A DNA stretch of 64,000 bases. It comes from Planctomycetota bacterium (lineage in GTDB: Bacteria; Planctomycetota; UBA1135; UBA2386). The stretch is from the NCBI GenBank assembly GCA_046290465.1, contig JBKAGP010000001.1:3232001-3296000 (forward strand), in the 5' to 3' direction. The notes beneath the pieces were generated by a model that made no database searches, was not told where the DNA came from, and was given only the letters and a program-made list of their open reading frames with translations. Positions 19,806-30,043 of this stretch are shown piece by piece. Position numbers and translations under genes: made by a program. The first letter of the stretch is position 1, and each line of letters opens with the position of its first letter.

Positions 19806-20792
19806 CTACTGCTGGCAGGCCTTGATCGCGCGCGCGACGTAGACCGGCGCGACCTTGCGGCGCCAGTAGACGTCGAGGTCGGTGTTGTCCATCGTGCGCG
19901 TCGGCTTCATGGCCGCGTTGCCGGCCTCGGCGATCAGCTCGTCGGTCAGCTGGTTGCCGACCAGCATCTCCTCGGACTTGGTGGCCGGGATCGCGTAGGA
20001 ACCGGCACCCCCGAGGCGGATGTTGGCCTTCTCGACCGTGCCGTCCTCGGCGAACCAGATCGCCGCGCCGACGCCGAGCACCGGGAAGTCGTAGGTGTCG
20101 CGGCGCCGCAGCTTGAGGTAGCTGGACTTCCAGTTGCCGGGGGCGGGCAGCGTGATTCTGGTCAGCAGCTCCTCCGGCTTCTTGGTCAGATACTGGATGC
20201 CGTCGTCCTGGTAGAGCTCGTCGGCCTTGATGGTGCGCGTGCCGTTCTCGTCGGCGAGCTCGACCTCGGCCTCCATCGCGCAGACGACCGGCACCGAGTC
20301 ACTGGACTGCACCGCCCAGCAGCGCGGGCTGCCCGGGGCGACCCAGCAGATCGCGCCTTCCTTCGACTTCATGCAGAAGTCGATCGACTCGCGCCACTCG
20401 TGCGACTGGTCGTAGTAGGTGCAGCGCGTGTCGAGCAGCAGGTTGCCGCCGATCGTGCCCATGTTGCGCAGCAGCGGCGTGGAGATCTCGCGCACCGCGT
20501 GGGCCAGCGACGGGTAGTGCGCCTTGAGGTGCGGGTAGTGCTCGAGCGCGGTCAGCGTGACCATCGCGCCGATCTGCAGGCGGCCGTCCTCGAGCACCTC
20601 GAGCGTGTGCAGCTCGGCAACGTCGCGCAGCGAGATCACCTGCTCGGGCGTCTGGTGACGCCGCTTCATGTTGGGGTAGAGGTCGGTGCCGCCGGCGACG
20701 TACATCGCCGCCTTGCCGTGTTGCTTGCTGAGCGCGACCGCTTCGCTGGCCGACTTCGGCGTGTGGTAGGAGAACGTGGGGAGACGCAGCAT
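19806..20792 (-). CDS. Xanthine-dehydrogenase-family FAD subunit, 4-hydroxybenzoyl-CoA reductase beta (HcrB)-like
   Basis: AGGTDLYPNMK, LRNMGTIGGN and the Cys insert RCTYYDQS..FCMK..ICWVAPGSPRC (extra [4Fe-4S]-type). Confidence 0.85.
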   Translation of the reverse strand: MLRLPTFSYHTPKSASEAVALSKQHGKAAMYVAGGTDLYPNMKRRHQTPEQVISLRDVAELHTLEVLEDGRLQIGAMVTLTALEHYPHLKAHYPSLAHAVREISTPLLRNMGTIGGNLLLDTRCTYYDQSHEWRESIDFCMKSKEGAICWVAPGSPRCWAVQSSDSVPVVCAMEAEVELADENGTRTIKADELYQDDGIQYLTKKPEELLTRITLPAPGNWKSSYLKLRRRDTYDFPVLGVGAAIWFAEDGTVEKANIRLGGAGSYAIPATKSEEMLVGNQLTDELIAEAGNAAMKPTRTMDNTDLDVYWRRKVAPVYVARAIKACQQ

Positions 20793-20805
20793 TTCGGGTT
20801 GCTCC

Positions 20806-23373
20806 TTACTTCGCGGCCTTCTTGGTGCGGTGCGGGTCGTTGTGGGCCTTGCCGTCGCCGCCCTGCCACGGAGTCTTGACCTGCAGCGACTCCCCGAAGT
20901 CGACGTTCGGCACGCCGGTCTCGTCGTTGGCCGGGCCGTAGCGCCCCTCCTTGCCTTCCTTCTTCGCCTGCATCGCGGCGAACACCTTCTCGAACGAGAT
21001 CGGGTTCTCGTCGACGCGCACGCCGACGGCGTCGAACACCGCGTTGGCGACCGCCGGCATGATCGGGAGCAGCGGCCCCTGGCCGACCTCCTTGGCGCCG
21101 AACGGGCCGTTCTTGTCCGGGTCCTCGATGACGTAGGTCGTGCACTCCGGCATCTCGAACACGCTCGGGCTCTTGTACTCGAGCATCGACGGGATCTTGT
21201 GCAGGAACACCCGCTTGCCCTTGTGCGAGCGATCGCGGTAGGCCATCTCCTCCATCATCGCTTCGCCGAGGCCCATGTAGATCGAGCCCTCGATCTGGCC
21301 CATCGCGATCGCGGCGTTGAGCGCGCGGCCGATGTCGTGCGCCATCCAGACCTTCGGCACGCTGTAGATGCCGGTATCCGGATCGACCTCGACCTCGACG
21401 ACGGTCGCCGAGTAGCTGTAGCTCGGGCTCGGACCGACGCCGCCGCCGCGGAACTTGGCGGCGGTCTTCGGCGGCGTGTAGCTGCCGACCGTGCCGATCG
21501 TGCCGAGCGCGGCCTCGGCGAAGCCGACGGCCTCCTTGAACGTCACGCCCTTCTCGGGGTCCTGCGAGTCGAACACGCGGCCGCCGTGGAACACCAGCCG
21601 GCCGGCCGGCACCTCGAGCTTCTTCGAGGCGCCCTGCGCGACCAGGTCGCGGGCCCGTTCGGCGGCCTGCATCGCGGCGTTGCCGGTCATCACCGTCACG
21701 CGCGAGCTGTAGCTGCCGAGGTCGACCGGCGTCAGGTCGGTGTCGCTGGTGACGACCTTGATGTCGAGCGGATCGATGCCGAGCACCTCGCCGACGATCC
21801 AGCCGAGCACGCTGTCGCTGCCCTGGCCGATGTCGGTGCTGCCGCAGAACACCGTGCACAGGCCCGAACGGTCCAGCTGCAGCTGCACGCCGGAGTGCGG
21901 CATGCCGTTCCAGTAGATCGGCAGGCCAGCACCCGACAGGTAGCTGGAGCACGCCAGGCCGAGGCCGCGGATGCGGCCGTTCGGCAGCACCTCCTGCTTG
22001 CCGCGGCGCTCCTTCCAGCCCGAGCCCTCGACGACCTTCTCGATGCACTGGCCGAGGCCCATCGAGCCGATGCGCAGGAAGTTCGCGGTCAGCGAGTCGC
22101 GCTCGGCGAGGTTGTCGAGGCGCATCTGCGCCGGATCGAGGCCGAGGTCACAGGCGACCTTGTCCAGCTGCACCTCGAGCGCGAAGCGCGGCTGCACGGT
22201 GCCGTGGCCGCGCTTGGGGCCGCACGGCGCCTTGTTGGTGAAGAACCGCGCGCCGCGGAAGTGGTAGTTCTCGACCGCGTAGGTCACCGTCTGCAGCGCA
22301 CCCGTATAGAACGTGCTGGCCGTGCCGTAGCTGCCGTAGGCGCCGCCGTCGAGGAAGCTGTGGAAGTCGAGCGCGGTGATGCGGCCGGTCTTGGTGACGC
22401 CGATCTTGCTGCGCATCAGCACCGGGTGCCGACCGCGGTGGCACCAGAACACCTCTTCGCGGGTCAGCGCGACCTTGACCGGGCGGCCGGTCAGCATCGA
22501 CATCTTGGCCGCGCAGATCTCGTGGTTGAACGGGTCGCTCTTGCCGCCGAAGCCGCCGCCGTTCGGGCACGCGATGACGCGGATCCGGTTGGCGGGCAGC
22601 GGCGCCAGCACCCGGGCGAGCGCGCGGTGCAGGTAGTGCGGCGTCTGCGTCGACGACCAGACGGTCAGCTTGCCGTCCTTGTCGAAGTGCGCGAGGGTCG
22701 CGTGCTGCTCCATCGGCAGGTGCGTGTTGCCCTCGAACCAGACGGTGTCCTCGCGGATGTGGTCGGCGCGGTCGAAGCCGTCCTTCATGTCGCCGAACTC
22801 GAGGTTCTCGAGACGGTGGATGTTGCCGCGCACACCGTAGTCGTGCAGGCGCGGCTCGTCGTTGTCGGCGGCTTCGTGCACGCCGCCGATGGTGCGCAGC
22901 TCGCGGTACTCGACGTCGACGAGGCGGCACGCGTCCCACGCGATCTCCTCCTCGGTCGCCGCGATCGCGACCACCGGGTCGCCGACGAAGCGCACCTGGT
23001 CGGGGCACAGCGCGTGCTCGTCCTGGCTGACCGGCAGGATGCCGAACGGCGTCGGCATGTCCTTGCCGGTCAGGATGCCCTTGACGCCCGGCAGCTGCTC
23101 GGCCTTGGACGTGTCGATGCTGACGATCTCGGCGTGCGCCATGGTGCTGCGCAGCAGCTTCATGTGCAGCATGCGCGGCAGCGTCATGTCATCGGCGAAC
23201 TGCGTCAGGCCCGAGACCTTGCTGCGCGCGTCGACCTTGCGGATCGGCTTGCCGATGTGCTCGAGCTCGTCCTTCTTCTTGTCGTGCTGCCACGGCGCGT
23301 CGTCGCGCGCCTGCGGAGCCGCCGGCTCGTTCGACTGCCCGTCGAGGCGGGCCTGCGGGTCATCAAGAACCAT
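20806..23373 (-). CDS. Xanthine-dehydrogenase-family molybdopterin-binding subunit, HcrA-like
   Basis: GGGFGGK, PKRGHG, DIGQGS, DLGSYSSR, GQIEG and PFGAKEVGQG motifs. Confidence 0.9.
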   Translation of the reverse strand: MVLDDPQARLDGQSNEPAAPQARDDAPWQHDKKKDELEHIGKPIRKVDARSKVSGLTQFADDMTLPRMLHMKLLRSTMAHAEIVSIDTSKAEQLPGVKGILTGKDMPTPFGILPVSQDEHALCPDQVRFVGDPVVAIAATEEEIAWDACRLVDVEYRELRTIGGVHEAADNDEPRLHDYGVRGNIHRLENLEFGDMKDGFDRADHIREDTVWFEGNTHLPMEQHATLAHFDKDGKLTVWSSTQTPHYLHRALARVLAPLPANRIRVIACPNGGGFGGKSDPFNHEICAAKMSMLTGRPVKVALTREEVFWCHRGRHPVLMRSKIGVTKTGRITALDFHSFLDGGAYGSYGTASTFYTGALQTVTYAVENYHFRGARFFTNKAPCGPKRGHGTVQPRFALEVQLDKVACDLGLDPAQMRLDNLAERDSLTANFLRIGSMGLGQCIEKVVEGSGWKERRGKQEVLPNGRIRGLGLACSSYLSGAGLPIYWNGMPHSGVQLQLDRSGLCTVFCGSTDIGQGSDSVLGWIVGEVLGIDPLDIKVVTSDTDLTPVDLGSYSSRVTVMTGNAAMQAAERARDLVAQGASKKLEVPAGRLVFHGGRVFDSQDPEKGVTFKEAVGFAEAALGTIGTVGSYTPPKTAAKFRGGGVGPSPSYSYSATVVEVEVDPDTGIYSVPKVWMAHDIGRALNAAIAMGQIEGSIYMGLGEAMMEEMAYRDRSHKGKRVFLHKIPSMLEYKSPSVFEMPECTTYVIEDPDKNGPFGAKEVGQGPLLPIMPAVANAVFDAVGVRVDENPISFEKVFAAMQAKKEGKEGRYGPANDETGVPNVDFGESLQVKTPWQGGDGKAHNDPHRTKKAAK

Positions 23374-23884
23374 AGATCGACTCCTTGCTCGGCTCGGCGT
23401 CCTCACCGCGCATGCGCGCGGCGGCGAGTTCGATCGCCTCGAAGATCTTCAGGTAGCCCGTGCAGCGACACAGGTTGCCGGCGAGGGCCTCCTTGATCTC
23501 GTCGCGCGTCGGGTTGGGGTTGTCCTTCAGCAGCGAGTCGGCCGCCATCAGCACGCCCGGCGTGCAGTAGCCGCACTGGGCGCCACCGAGGTTCGCCATG
23601 CAGTCCTGCAGCGGCGCGAGGTCGCTGCCGCACGCGAGCCCCTCGACCGTGCGAACCTCCTTGCCGACCGCGTCGACGGCGAGCACCAGGCAGCTGAGCA
23701 CCGGCGTGCCGTCGACCTGCACCGTGCACGTGCCGCACTCGCCGAGTTCGCAGCCGTGTTTGGTGCCCGTCAGGGTCATCTCCTCGCGGAGGACCTCCAA
23801 CAGGGTCTTGTGCGGCAGGAACGCCACCTCGTGCGGCTCGCCGTTCACCTGGAACGTCGCGAGTACCTTGTTCGTCTCGGTCAT
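23363..23884 (-). CDS. (2Fe-2S)-binding small subunit, HcrC/CoxS-like
   Basis: GTKHGCELGECGTCTV...SC and QCGYCTPG...NLCRCTGY motifs. Confidence 0.93.
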   Translation of the reverse strand: MTETNKVLATFQVNGEPHEVAFLPHKTLLEVLREEMTLTGTKHGCELGECGTCTVQVDGTPVLSCLVLAVDAVGKEVRTVEGLACGSDLAPLQDCMANLGGAQCGYCTPGVLMAADSLLKDNPNPTRDEIKEALAGNLCRCTGYLKIFEAIELAAARMRGEDAEPSKESIYGS

Positions 23885-24035
23885 GGGGGCGAGCAGGATA
23901 GCGGCGGCTCTGCGGCGGAGCGAGGGCGACGTCGCCCGATTGGCGCCCCCCGCCACAAGCGGCAGCACGGCCCTCGGATACGCCAATCGTCGGCCGGTGC
24001 CCGCAAACCGGCCGCGGCGCACGTAGGGTGACGCC

Positions 24036-24989
24036 ATGCCCACCGTGCGCCCAATCCTCGTTGCCATCGCGCTGCTCGCCGCCGCACCGACCGTCGCCAG
24101 CCAGGCGGGACCGCCGCCGCCGGTCGTCTGGCGGATCGGCTCCCAGCTCGACGAGTTGCTGTCCGGGTCGACCCCATGGGTGCCGATGCTCGGCCGCAGC
24201 ACGCTCAGCGTCGGTCGCTACCGCCTGCCGGCCGGCAGCCGCGACGGCCAGTCGCCGCACGACCGCGACGAGGTCTATTTCGTGGTCGCCGGCAAGGCGA
24301 AGTTCACCGCCGCCGGCGAGACCCGCGACCTGCGCGCCGGCGACACGGTGTTCGTGGCCGGCAAGGCGAAGCACCACTTCCACGACATCACCGAGGACCT
24401 CGACGTGCTGGTGTTCTTCAGCGACGCGGTCCCGACCACCGGCGGCATGATCGCCGGCCCGAAGCCGACCGAGCAGACGCCCTATCCGGAGACCAGCGCC
24501 CGCGGCTCGACGCGCATCTTCTACTGGTACGGCCCCGACTCGGCCGGCCAGGTCGCGATCGACCATGGCCGCCCCCGCTGGAACGGCCGCTACCAGCGGT
24601 TCCTCGATCAGCCGTCGAAGCGCCGCTGGCGGCTCGGCGAGAACTTCTGGACGACGCTCGACACCAACATGGCGCTGACCATCGGCGACACCGAAGTGCC
24701 GATCGGCGCGTACTACTGCGTGCTGCAGAACGACGCCAACGCAGGCCTCGAGCTGGTGCTGCTCGACCCCGACGAGGTGCGCCGCCGCCGCCTCGACGCC
24801 TACGAGGTGAGCAAGACCACGGGCGGCATCCGGATCGGTCTCGAGAAGGGCAAGGCCGCGGTGCCGGCGGGCCGGCTGGAGATCACGCTGGACGTGGACC
24901 GCGCCCATCGCGACACGGGCACGTTTCGGATCCGCTTCGGCGCGCACGAGATGTCGGCGGGACTGAAGATGCACCCCCATCGCAAGTAG
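24036..24989 (+). CDS. Secreted cupin + DUF2911-like fusion protein
   Basis: Signal peptide; cupin motifs QSPHDRDEVYFV and HHFHDI; C-terminal TSARG..IDHGRP..WRLGENFWTTL resembles DUF2911. Confidence 0.7.
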   Translation: MPTVRPILVAIALLAAAPTVASQAGPPPPVVWRIGSQLDELLSGSTPWVPMLGRSTLSVGRYRLPAGSRDGQSPHDRDEVYFVVAGKAKFTAAGETRDLRAGDTVFVAGKAKHHFHDITEDLDVLVFFSDAVPTTGGMIAGPKPTEQTPYPETSARGSTRIFYWYGPDSAGQVAIDHGRPRWNGRYQRFLDQPSKRRWRLGENFWTTLDTNMALTIGDTEVPIGAYYCVLQNDANAGLELVLLDPDEVRRRRLDAYEVSKTTGGIRIGLEKGKAAVPAGRLEITLDVDRAHRDTGTFRIRFGAHEMSAGLKMHPHRK

Positions 24990-25029
24990 GCGGGTTGCGG
25001 AGCCCGCGCGCGACCGCCAGCATGAAGGC

Positions 25030-27042
25030 GTGAGCCACCGCCGGATCGTCGCCCCGTTCGCCCCGCTGCTGCTGGCCTGCGCCGCAGCAGCGCAGTTCAC
25101 GCCCGAGGACCTGCTCGCCAAGGACTGGCAGCAGCGCAACGAAGCTGCGCGGGCGCTGGCGCAGCAGGCGCCCGACGTCAAGGCGCTGTGCCAGGTGCTC
25201 GAGACCGAGTGGGACGAGTGGCTGCCGACCTTCGGCCTCTACGGCGGCGGTGCCGGCGGTCGCTTCCCGCCGAAGGAGCCGCGCATGGTCACGCTGAAGA
25301 ACGTTCGCGACGGGCTGGTCCGTCGACAGCAGTCGCCGCTGACGTGGTACCACGGCGTCGAGAGCCTCGACGACCTGGTCTACCCCTGCCACCCGCACGA
25401 ACTCGTGCGGCTGATCCTGCAGCAGCATCCCGACACCCGCAACGACCGCGCGCCGATCCCGACCACGATCGAACGGGCCCGCGTCTGGCTGCAGCTGAAG
25501 CAGCCCGAGGACGAACTGGTCGAGAAGTGCTGCCTCGAGCAACGCACGTCCGAGTCCCTCGTCTGCGCGCTGTGGCTCGGCGGCGAGCAGACCCGCGACC
25601 AGCTGCGCCGGCTGCTCGTCGGCGACAACCAGGACCTTCGGCGTGCGGCGCTCGCTCTCGGCCAGACCGAACTGTTCGACGCACCGGCGCGCATCGACGT
25701 CGTGGTCCACCAGCTGTGCCACGGCGAGCGCACCGACGACTACAGCCACGCCGGCTACCTGCTGCGCCAGCTCGGCCGCGCGGCCGCCGCGCCGCTGGCG
25801 CGCGCGATCGGGGACGAGCGCATTCCGCGCAGCCGAGCCGTCGGCATCCTGGCGCTGCTGGGCGCGGACGCGGCGCCCGCTGCCGAAGCGCTGGCACGCG
25901 TCGCCAACGCCGACCGCATCACGCGGCGGCGCGCGCTGATCGCGCTGTCCGACCTCGAGATCCCCGCACCGCTGCGGAGCAAGGTCGCCCGGACCGCGTG
26001 GCAGGTGTTCGAAGAACGCGACTACGCCAGCAAGCTGCTGGCGCTCGACGCGCTCGGCAACTGCGGCGACGGCGTCGACGCAGAGCTGCGAACCAAGCTG
26101 CGTGCGGCGATCGCGAAGCCGCCGACCGGCGGCATCAAGGCGCGCCTGCTCGGCTGCGTGCGCGACCTCGGCATCGCCACCGACCTGACCACCGCGGAGA
26201 AGGCCTACATCGCGACGACGATCCACGCCAACACGTCGACCTACCTCGCGGTCGCCGACGACGGTGCGGACGCCGCGCCAGAACTCGCGCGCCTGCTGCT
26301 GGACCCGGCCGCGGGCATCGACTCCGAGGCGGTCGCCAGGCGGTTTGCGCAAACCGCGCCACACGCGCTGCGCAGCTGGCTCGACAAGCCCGAACCGAGG
26401 CTGCGCGTGCTGGCCCTGAAGGGTCTGCGCACGCTGGGGGACGCCGCCGGCGTTTCGAGCGAACGGCTGGTCGAGCTGATGGACACCCGCGCGTGGCTCG
26501 CCAACACCTGCGTCGCGTGGCTGCGCGAACGCCCGGACGCCACCGCGTTCGTACCGCAGGTGGTGGCCTTCTGCGAGCAGCTCGAGTCCGACCACCTCGC
26601 CGACGACTTCACGGCGTTCCTCACCGACGTCGGCCTGCCGTTCGCGCAGAAGCTGTCGCTGTACGAGCCGCTGCTGCGCCGCGGCATCGCCTGGCAGACG
26701 CTGCGACGCGACGAGCTGGACGCGAGTGACCGCGCGCTGCTGCGCAAGGAGGCCGAACGCCTGCTCGACGCCGCCGAAGGGACCGAGGTGCGCAACCGCC
26801 TGCTCTCGGTGCTGGTCCGGATCGGCGTGCAGCGCGAGCAGGACATCGAACTTGCAAGGCAGGTGCTGCGCAGCGACCGCAACTACCCGGTGATGTGGCA
26901 CCTCGACGACGCGCCCGAGCTACCAGGGGTGCTGCGGGCCGAGCTGCATCGCATCCTGTCGACGCCCGAGGACCAGGACGGCATGCCGTCCGCCGACGCG
27001 TGGTACGCGCGGGAGATCCTGCGCAAGCACGCTCAGCGCTGA
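25030..27042 (+). CDS. Secreted HEAT-repeat-like helical hypothetical protein
   Basis: Signal peptide and recurrent helical motifs (LRRAALALG, RRRALIALSD, LALDALGN, LRVLALKGL). Confidence 0.6.
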   Translation: MSHRRIVAPFAPLLLACAAAAQFTPEDLLAKDWQQRNEAARALAQQAPDVKALCQVLETEWDEWLPTFGLYGGGAGGRFPPKEPRMVTLKNVRDGLVRRQQSPLTWYHGVESLDDLVYPCHPHELVRLILQQHPDTRNDRAPIPTTIERARVWLQLKQPEDELVEKCCLEQRTSESLVCALWLGGEQTRDQLRRLLVGDNQDLRRAALALGQTELFDAPARIDVVVHQLCHGERTDDYSHAGYLLRQLGRAAAAPLARAIGDERIPRSRAVGILALLGADAAPAAEALARVANADRITRRRALIALSDLEIPAPLRSKVARTAWQVFEERDYASKLLALDALGNCGDGVDAELRTKLRAAIAKPPTGGIKARLLGCVRDLGIATDLTTAEKAYIATTIHANTSTYLAVADDGADAAPELARLLLDPAAGIDSEAVARRFAQTAPHALRSWLDKPEPRLRVLALKGLRTLGDAAGVSSERLVELMDTRAWLANTCVAWLRERPDATAFVPQVVAFCEQLESDHLADDFTAFLTDVGLPFAQKLSLYEPLLRRGIAWQTLRRDELDASDRALLRKEAERLLDAAEGTEVRNRLLSVLVRIGVQREQDIELARQVLRSDRNYPVMWHLDDAPELPGVLRAELHRILSTPEDQDGMPSADAWYAREILRKHAQR

Positions 27043-28838
27043 CCGCGGCGCGGCCCGGTCAGCACCGGCAGCTGCGCCTGCTTCAAGAACAGCAGGGCGA
27101 AGCAGACGTCGGTGTGGTTGGCCCCGCCGAACCCACCGCGCGAGTCTTGCAGCGCCATCAGCACCTCGGCGCCTTCGTAGTACCAGTCCCAATCGCCGAT
27201 CCACGCGACGCGCGACAGCTCACAGGCGCGCTCGAGGCTGTAGATCCAGTAGAACCATCGCTGGTTGCGCTGCGCGGGGTTGCGGCCGGCGTTGTAGCGG
27301 ATGCCGCGATGCTGCCAGAGGTAGGCGAAGCCGTCGCTGCGCGCCTGGTCGAGCTCCTTCGCCTCGGCGGCGGGCCGCTTGCCTGGTGGCGCCAGGTGCG
27401 ACAGGCAGATGGTCATGCTCGACACGCCACCGGCCGTCATGCTGCCGTACGGTTCGTCGGCAGGCGAGTTGTAGGTGAAGCCGCGAGCGCGCGACCTGGC
27501 AGCCGTGCGCATGAGCATGCGTGGATGCGGCTGCTTGCGCGCTTCGGCGTGCGACACGAGCGGCAGCCGGATCGACTTGTTGTCGTGGCCGGCATGCTGC
27601 GCGTCGAGGAAGTGCCGCGCCGCGGTGTGCCAGACACCGCGCGAGACCTCGACGCCGCACATCTCGGCCGCGTGCACGGCGAGCAACGCGAACTGCGTGT
27701 TGCTGTTGTCGTAGCCGACGCCTTCGTAGCCCCAGCGCGAGACGTAGGCGCTGTCGACGCGGCTGTCGCGATTGGCCAGCAGCCGCTCGGTCCACTGCTT
27801 CAGGATCGCGAGGTCCTCCGCGCTCGGCTGCCGTGCAATCGGCTGCTGGCGCGCGCCGGACAGCAGCGCCTCGCGTTCGCCCGCCGGCGCGTAGAGCTTC
27901 TCGAGCACGAGGATCGCCAGCGACAACGGATAGGTGCGGGTCAGTTCGGCGCGTCGCAGCTGGTTGAGACGCGCCCGCAGCACGGTGTCGGTCGGTCGAT
28001 ACTCGGCGTGCAGGAGCGCCAGCAGGCCGAGCGCGCGCTCCCCGTGCAGGCGGTTCTCGCGCAGCTCACGTCGATCGCTGTCTGCCAGTTGCTCGTGGAT
28101 GTTGGCAGCCGTCCGCTCGACCGCCTTGGCGACGCGCGCCTCGAACCCGGCGCCGCGGTTCTCGCGCAGCTCCTCGAGCTGCCAGTCGAGCTCGAACGTG
28201 AACACCCGATGCACGCCGTTGCCCTTGCCGCTCTCCTCGTCGCGACCTTCGCACTGCAGGTTGCCGGTGACCCGGACCGCCTCGATCGCGCCGCGCTCGC
28301 GGTCGACGCGGCGATCGACCACCACGGTGCCGTTCATCTGCCATCGGCACATCACCCGCTGGAAGTAGTCGAACAGACGATCCTCCCAATCCTGCTGGCG
28401 CACCGGCACGGTCGCGAGCTCGAGCTCGATGCGCTGCCAACCGTCCTCCCGAGGCGGCTCCGCGCGCCCGGTGACGCGCACGTCGCCAAACCCGGACACC
28501 CACGGGATGCGCCGCTTGATCGGCCCGCCGCGCAGCCGCGACCAGTCGAACGCAACGCTCAGGCCGATCCAGCGCACGTCGTTGGGCTCGACCCGCATGC
28601 GCATCTGCTTGTCGTCGAGGTCGCTGTGAAACAACAGCGGCACGTGCGGCGCGCGCGCCACCGGCAGTGCCTTGCGTTCGCGCGGCTTGCCGACGGTGTG
28701 GAAGTGCGCGCGCTCCTTCGCCCGGAAGACGGCACATCCACCCGGGGGGATCTGCCACTGGGCACGCACGGCGGCGGCAGACAGCAGCAGGACGCTGCAC
28801 AACGCAGTGGTGCGCGATCGGGACAGCAGAGCGGGCAT
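27033..28838 (-). CDS. Secreted protein with a C-terminal prenyltransferase/squalene-cyclase-like (alpha/alpha toroid) domain
   Basis: YDNSNTQFALLA, GSMTAGG, YWIYSLERA, DWYYEGA..LMALQ..GGF and CFALLFL motifs. Start is inferred. Confidence 0.7.
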   Translation of the reverse strand: MPALLSRSRTTALCSVLLLSAAAVRAQWQIPPGGCAVFRAKERAHFHTVGKPRERKALPVARAPHVPLLFHSDLDDKQMRMRVEPNDVRWIGLSVAFDWSRLRGGPIKRRIPWVSGFGDVRVTGRAEPPREDGWQRIELELATVPVRQQDWEDRLFDYFQRVMCRWQMNGTVVVDRRVDRERGAIEAVRVTGNLQCEGRDEESGKGNGVHRVFTFELDWQLEELRENRGAGFEARVAKAVERTAANIHEQLADSDRRELRENRLHGERALGLLALLHAEYRPTDTVLRARLNQLRRAELTRTYPLSLAILVLEKLYAPAGEREALLSGARQQPIARQPSAEDLAILKQWTERLLANRDSRVDSAYVSRWGYEGVGYDNSNTQFALLAVHAAEMCGVEVSRGVWHTAARHFLDAQHAGHDNKSIRLPLVSHAEARKQPHPRMLMRTAARSRARGFTYNSPADEPYGSMTAGGVSSMTICLSHLAPPGKRPAAEAKELDQARSDGFAYLWQHRGIRYNAGRNPAQRNQRWFYWIYSLERACELSRVAWIGDWDWYYEGAEVLMALQDSRGGFGGANHTDVCFALLFLKQAQLPVLTGPRRGQR

Positions 28839-28950
28839 CGCGCCCCTCTTCGCAAGCGCAGTGCCAGACGACGTGCAACCCCGGTTCGACCGGCGCCGCG
28901 ATCTGGCGGATGGTCGCGATGCGGCCATCGCCCGAGGGTAGGCTCAGGCG

Positions 28951-29472
28951 ATGCACGCCCACCATCGCCTACGCGCGCCCGAGCCGACGATCGCTGCCTG
29001 GGCGGAGCACGTGCCCACCAGCGCGCGAGCGCTCGATGTGGCAGCCGGCGGCGGCCGCCACGCGCGGCTGTTCGCCGAGCGCGGCTGCGCGGTGACCGCC
29101 GTCGACCGCGACACCGAAGCGCTGCGTAAGCTCGACGCCGCGGGCATCGAGGTCGTCGAGGCGGACCTCGAGAACGACGCCTGGCCGTTCGGCGAACGCA
29201 CCTGGGACGCGGTGATCGTCGTCGACTACCTGTGGCGCCCCCTGCTGCCGCAGCTGGTGGCCGCTCTCGACGACGGCGGCCAGCTGCTCTACGAGACGTT
29301 CATGGTCGGCAACGAACGCCACGACCGGCCGCGCAACCCGGACTTCCTGCTGCGCGACGGCGAGCTGCGCGAACTCGCCGAGCGGCACGGGCTCGAGGTC
29401 CTGTCGTTCTCACAGGGTGAGGTCGGTGCGCCGGCCACCGCAGTGCGCCAGCGGATGCACGCGCGTCGGTGA
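28951..29472 (+). CDS. Class I SAM-dependent methyltransferase (TehB-like)
   Basis: ALDVAAGGGRH, VTAVDRD, EADLE, YETF and NPDFLL motifs. Confidence 0.88.
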   Translation: MHAHHRLRAPEPTIAAWAEHVPTSARALDVAAGGGRHARLFAERGCAVTAVDRDTEALRKLDAAGIEVVEADLENDAWPFGERTWDAVIVVDYLWRPLLPQLVAALDDGGQLLYETFMVGNERHDRPRNPDFLLRDGELRELAERHGLEVLSFSQGEVGAPATAVRQRMHARR

Positions 29473-29500
29473 GGGACGGCGACCGACCGTTCCACCAGCC

Positions 29501-30043
29501 CTACCGCGGCGCGTCTGGCGGCGGCGCGTCTGGCGGCAACCCGTCGCGCAGCGAACGCTCGTACCACGACACGTCGCGCCACGCCCCGAACTTGAAGCCG
29601 ATGCGGTGGTAGACGCCGATGGGCGCGAAGCCCATGCGTCGGTGGAACGCCACGCTCTTGTCGTTGGGCATCGTGATGCCGGCGACGGCGTTGCAGTAGC
29701 CGAGTTCGGCGAGTTGCTCGAACAACCGCTGGTAGAGGCGGGCACCGACGCCGCGACGTTGCGCCGTGTCGAGCACGTAGGCCGAGACCTCGACCGTGTA
29801 GCGGTAGGCCTCACGGGTGCGGTGCGTGACCCCGTAGGCGTAGCCGATCACCGCACCGTCGGCCTCGGCGACCAACCACTCGTGCCGCTGTTGCGCGTTC
29901 GCCACCCGCTGCGCGAACTCGTCGACCGACGGCGTCACCAGCTCGAACGACACGCAGGAGCGTTCGACGTGCGGGCGGTAGATCTCGACCATGGCGGCCG
30001 CGTCGTCGGCGCGCGCGGGGCGGATCAGCAGGTCCTCGGGCAT
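29501..30043 (-). CDS. GNAT N-acetyltransferase, phosphinothricin acetyltransferase-like
   Basis: CVSFE, GYAY, REAYRYTVEVSAYV, QRRGVG and GFKFGAWRDV motifs. Confidence 0.9.
   Translation of the reverse strand: MPEDLLIRPARADDAAAMVEIYRPHVERSCVSFELVTPSVDEFAQRVANAQQRHEWLVAEADGAVIGYAYGVTHRTREAYRYTVEVSAYVLDTAQRRGVGARLYQRLFEQLAELGYCNAVAGITMPNDKSVAFHRRMGFAPIGVYHRIGFKFGAWRDVSWYERSLRDGLPPDAPPPDAPR

Noticed and set aside
19105..19825. ORF-track ORFs 19105-19302 and 19154-19825 (+)
   Set aside because: They are in different frames from the HMA-like reading, have no motifs, and the longer one is antisense to the DUF5063-like gene.
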